From positions 943-64,942 of the forward strand of contig CAYNFU010000001.1 of assembly GCA_964396785.1 (NCBI GenBank): a stretch of DNA of 64,000 nucleotides. The letters run 5' to 3'. The notes under the pieces are model-generated. The model had not been told where the DNA came from and did not search any database. It saw only the letters and a list, made by a program, of their open reading frames with translations. Positions 63,003-64,000 of this stretch are shown piece after piece. This DNA comes from an uncultured Gammaproteobacteria bacterium. Its GTDB lineage: Bacteria; Patescibacteriota; Microgenomatia; UBA8517. The translations under genes and the position numbers were made by a program. Each line of letters begins with the position of its first letter. Positions within the stretch are counted from its first letter, which is position 1.

Positions 63003-64000
63003 TTAATTTTTTGTAAGAAATAAAAAGCGGGTTCACCGGATGGATATTGAACGACTTTAACGAGTTTTAATCCCTCGGGAGTGTATTGTGGTTCCATTAC
63101 CAAATTCCCTTTAATTTCTCTTGCGGAGGCTACATATAAAGTGTCATTATCTAAATAATCACCCAGACCACCCAGTCCGACTTTTCCATCTACCTGTCCA
63201 AAGTAAGTTTTAGCGAAGTACTCTAGCTCTCCAAACCCGTTTACCTTCTCTTTAGAAAGTCCTTTTTGCCACTCTTCGGGGTCAGCGAGGTAATAGGCAG
63301 CAAAAAATATTCTAGGATCGTCGTTCGCGTTTGTGAGAATAATCTTTCTATACTGCCCTTGTTTGTCTCTTAGGGTATCTACTACTTCCTTATACCCGGC
63401 ATGCCAGGAACGCTCAGAATACCAAATGTTGTGCGTCCAGTAGTTATGCTCGTAATAGACAAAACTTATAAAATACAGAAAAACGAAACTTGCGGTGAGT
63501 ATTATGCGCTTTTTACCTAACAAGGAGTGAAATGCTTCGAAAATGCCATAGGAGATTAAAAAAACCAAAGGGGGCAAAATAATAACAAGTCTTGTAGCGT
63601 GGGTTCCCCCGTCTCTTGTTATTGCTGAAGGTAAAATCCCTATGAAGATCCAAAACAACATCAAGAATTTAATCTTTCTGTCTTTGAATCTGGTAAAAAA
63701 CAAAGCAACACCCAATAAAAGCGCCACTACCTCAAACTTATAAAACTGTCCCATCCCCGCAATTGAATGTCTTAGGTTTGGATCTCCCTTTAAAAATAAA
63801 AATTCGAAGGATAAAGAAGAAAGGGAGTTATTGATAACCTTGGAGCCCCAAAAGCTAAATTTGTTATGAATAACCCTTGTTAATACTTTCGAGACAATAC
63901 CCCCACCATAAACATTTCTTACCTGGGCGTCATATAAAATTGAGTAATCGACTTCGGATTTCGTGGTGGGGTCGGTAAAAATACTCAAGTATTCGGCACG
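62999..64000 (-). CDS. C-terminal part of a further GT39-like GT-C paralog (tandem paralog 7). The 5' end lies beyond the right edge of the window.
   Basis: The reading frame is open to the window edge. The translated region (…FLFLKGDPNLRHSIAGMGQFYKFEVVALLLGVALFF… ERSWHAGYKEVVDTLRDKQGQYRKIILTNANDDPRIFFAAYY…) aligns with the last TM helices and the C-terminal soluble domain of paralogs 1-6. Confidence 0.6.
   Translation of the reverse strand, partial: RAEYLSIFTDPTTKSEVDYSILYDAQVRNVYGGGIVSKVLTRVIHNKFSFWGSKVINNSLSSLSFEFLFLKGDPNLRHSIAGMGQFYKFEVVALLLGVALFFTRFKDRKIKFLMLFWIFIGILPSAITRDGGTHATRLVIILPPLVFLISYGIFEAFHSLLGKKRIILTASFVFLYFISFVYYEHNYWTHNIWYSERSWHAGYKEVVDTLRDKQGQYRKIILTNANDDPRIFFAAYYLADPEEWQKGLSKEKVNGFGELEYFAKTYFGQVDGKVGLGGLGDYLDNDTLYVASAREIKGNLVMEPQYTPEGLKLVKVVQYPSGEPAFYFLQKIK

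Noticed and set aside
1-64000. Searched for tRNA/rRNA genes, CRISPR repeats, transposase/integrase genes, inverted-repeat-flanked insertions and rho-independent terminators
   Set aside because: Coding density leaves no non-coding stretch longer than about 100 bp. No cloverleaf-compatible or repeat-spacer structure, and no GC-rich hairpin followed by a T-tract, was found in the gaps (16313-16380, 22605-22634, 24920-24966, 34912-35012, 38137-38181, 60087-60131). No transposase or integrase-like ORF was seen. The GT-C paralog array looks like gene duplication, not a mobile element.

Overview
This window is almost entirely coding (about 97%). It holds at least 55 genes, and all but two are on the minus strand. 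Frequent 4-bp ATGA-type start/stop overlaps suggest one or a few very long operons. By eye the sequence is AT-rich (about 38-40% GC). Together with the dense packing and the lack of Shine-Dalgarno sequences, this fits a small-genome, CPR/Patescibacteria-like bacterium; that is inference only.

Almost everything belongs to one giant cell-envelope glycan or glycoconjugate assembly locus. I count the following.
- At least 9 cytoplasmic GT4 (group 1) glycosyltransferases.
- At least 8 GT2 glycosyltransferases. Two are GtrB/DPM1-like polyprenyl-phosphate sugar synthases with C-terminal transmembrane helices.
- A Wzx-type flippase and a Wzy_C-type ligase/polymerase.
- An EamA transporter.
- A WcaF-like hexapeptide acetyltransferase.
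- A NodU/CmcH-type carbamoyltransferase.
- Six class-I SAM methyltransferases.
- Two AsnB-family glutamine amidotransferases.
- An FAD oxidoreductase and an HD hydrolase.
- A truncated ManC-like nucleotidyltransferase at the left edge.

The most unusual part is an expansion of polytopic membrane glycosyltransferases of the GT-C fold (PMT/ArnT, GT39-like). At least eight full-length paralogs carry a shared N-terminal 'DE...GY.AYS...TGKD' loop motif and a conserved C-terminal soluble domain. Seven of them lie in tandem between 46.5 kb and 64 kb. Several further unclassified polytopic membrane proteins may be additional GT-C-like enzymes, including a paralog pair with an 'NFSL[IV]DDGQ' motif.

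The few intergenic gaps carry TATAAT-like hexamers 6-7 nt upstream of start codons (GGTATAAT, TACAAT, TAAAAT, GATAAT). This suggests operon-internal promoters that produce leaderless transcripts. No RNA genes, CRISPR arrays or mobile elements were seen.
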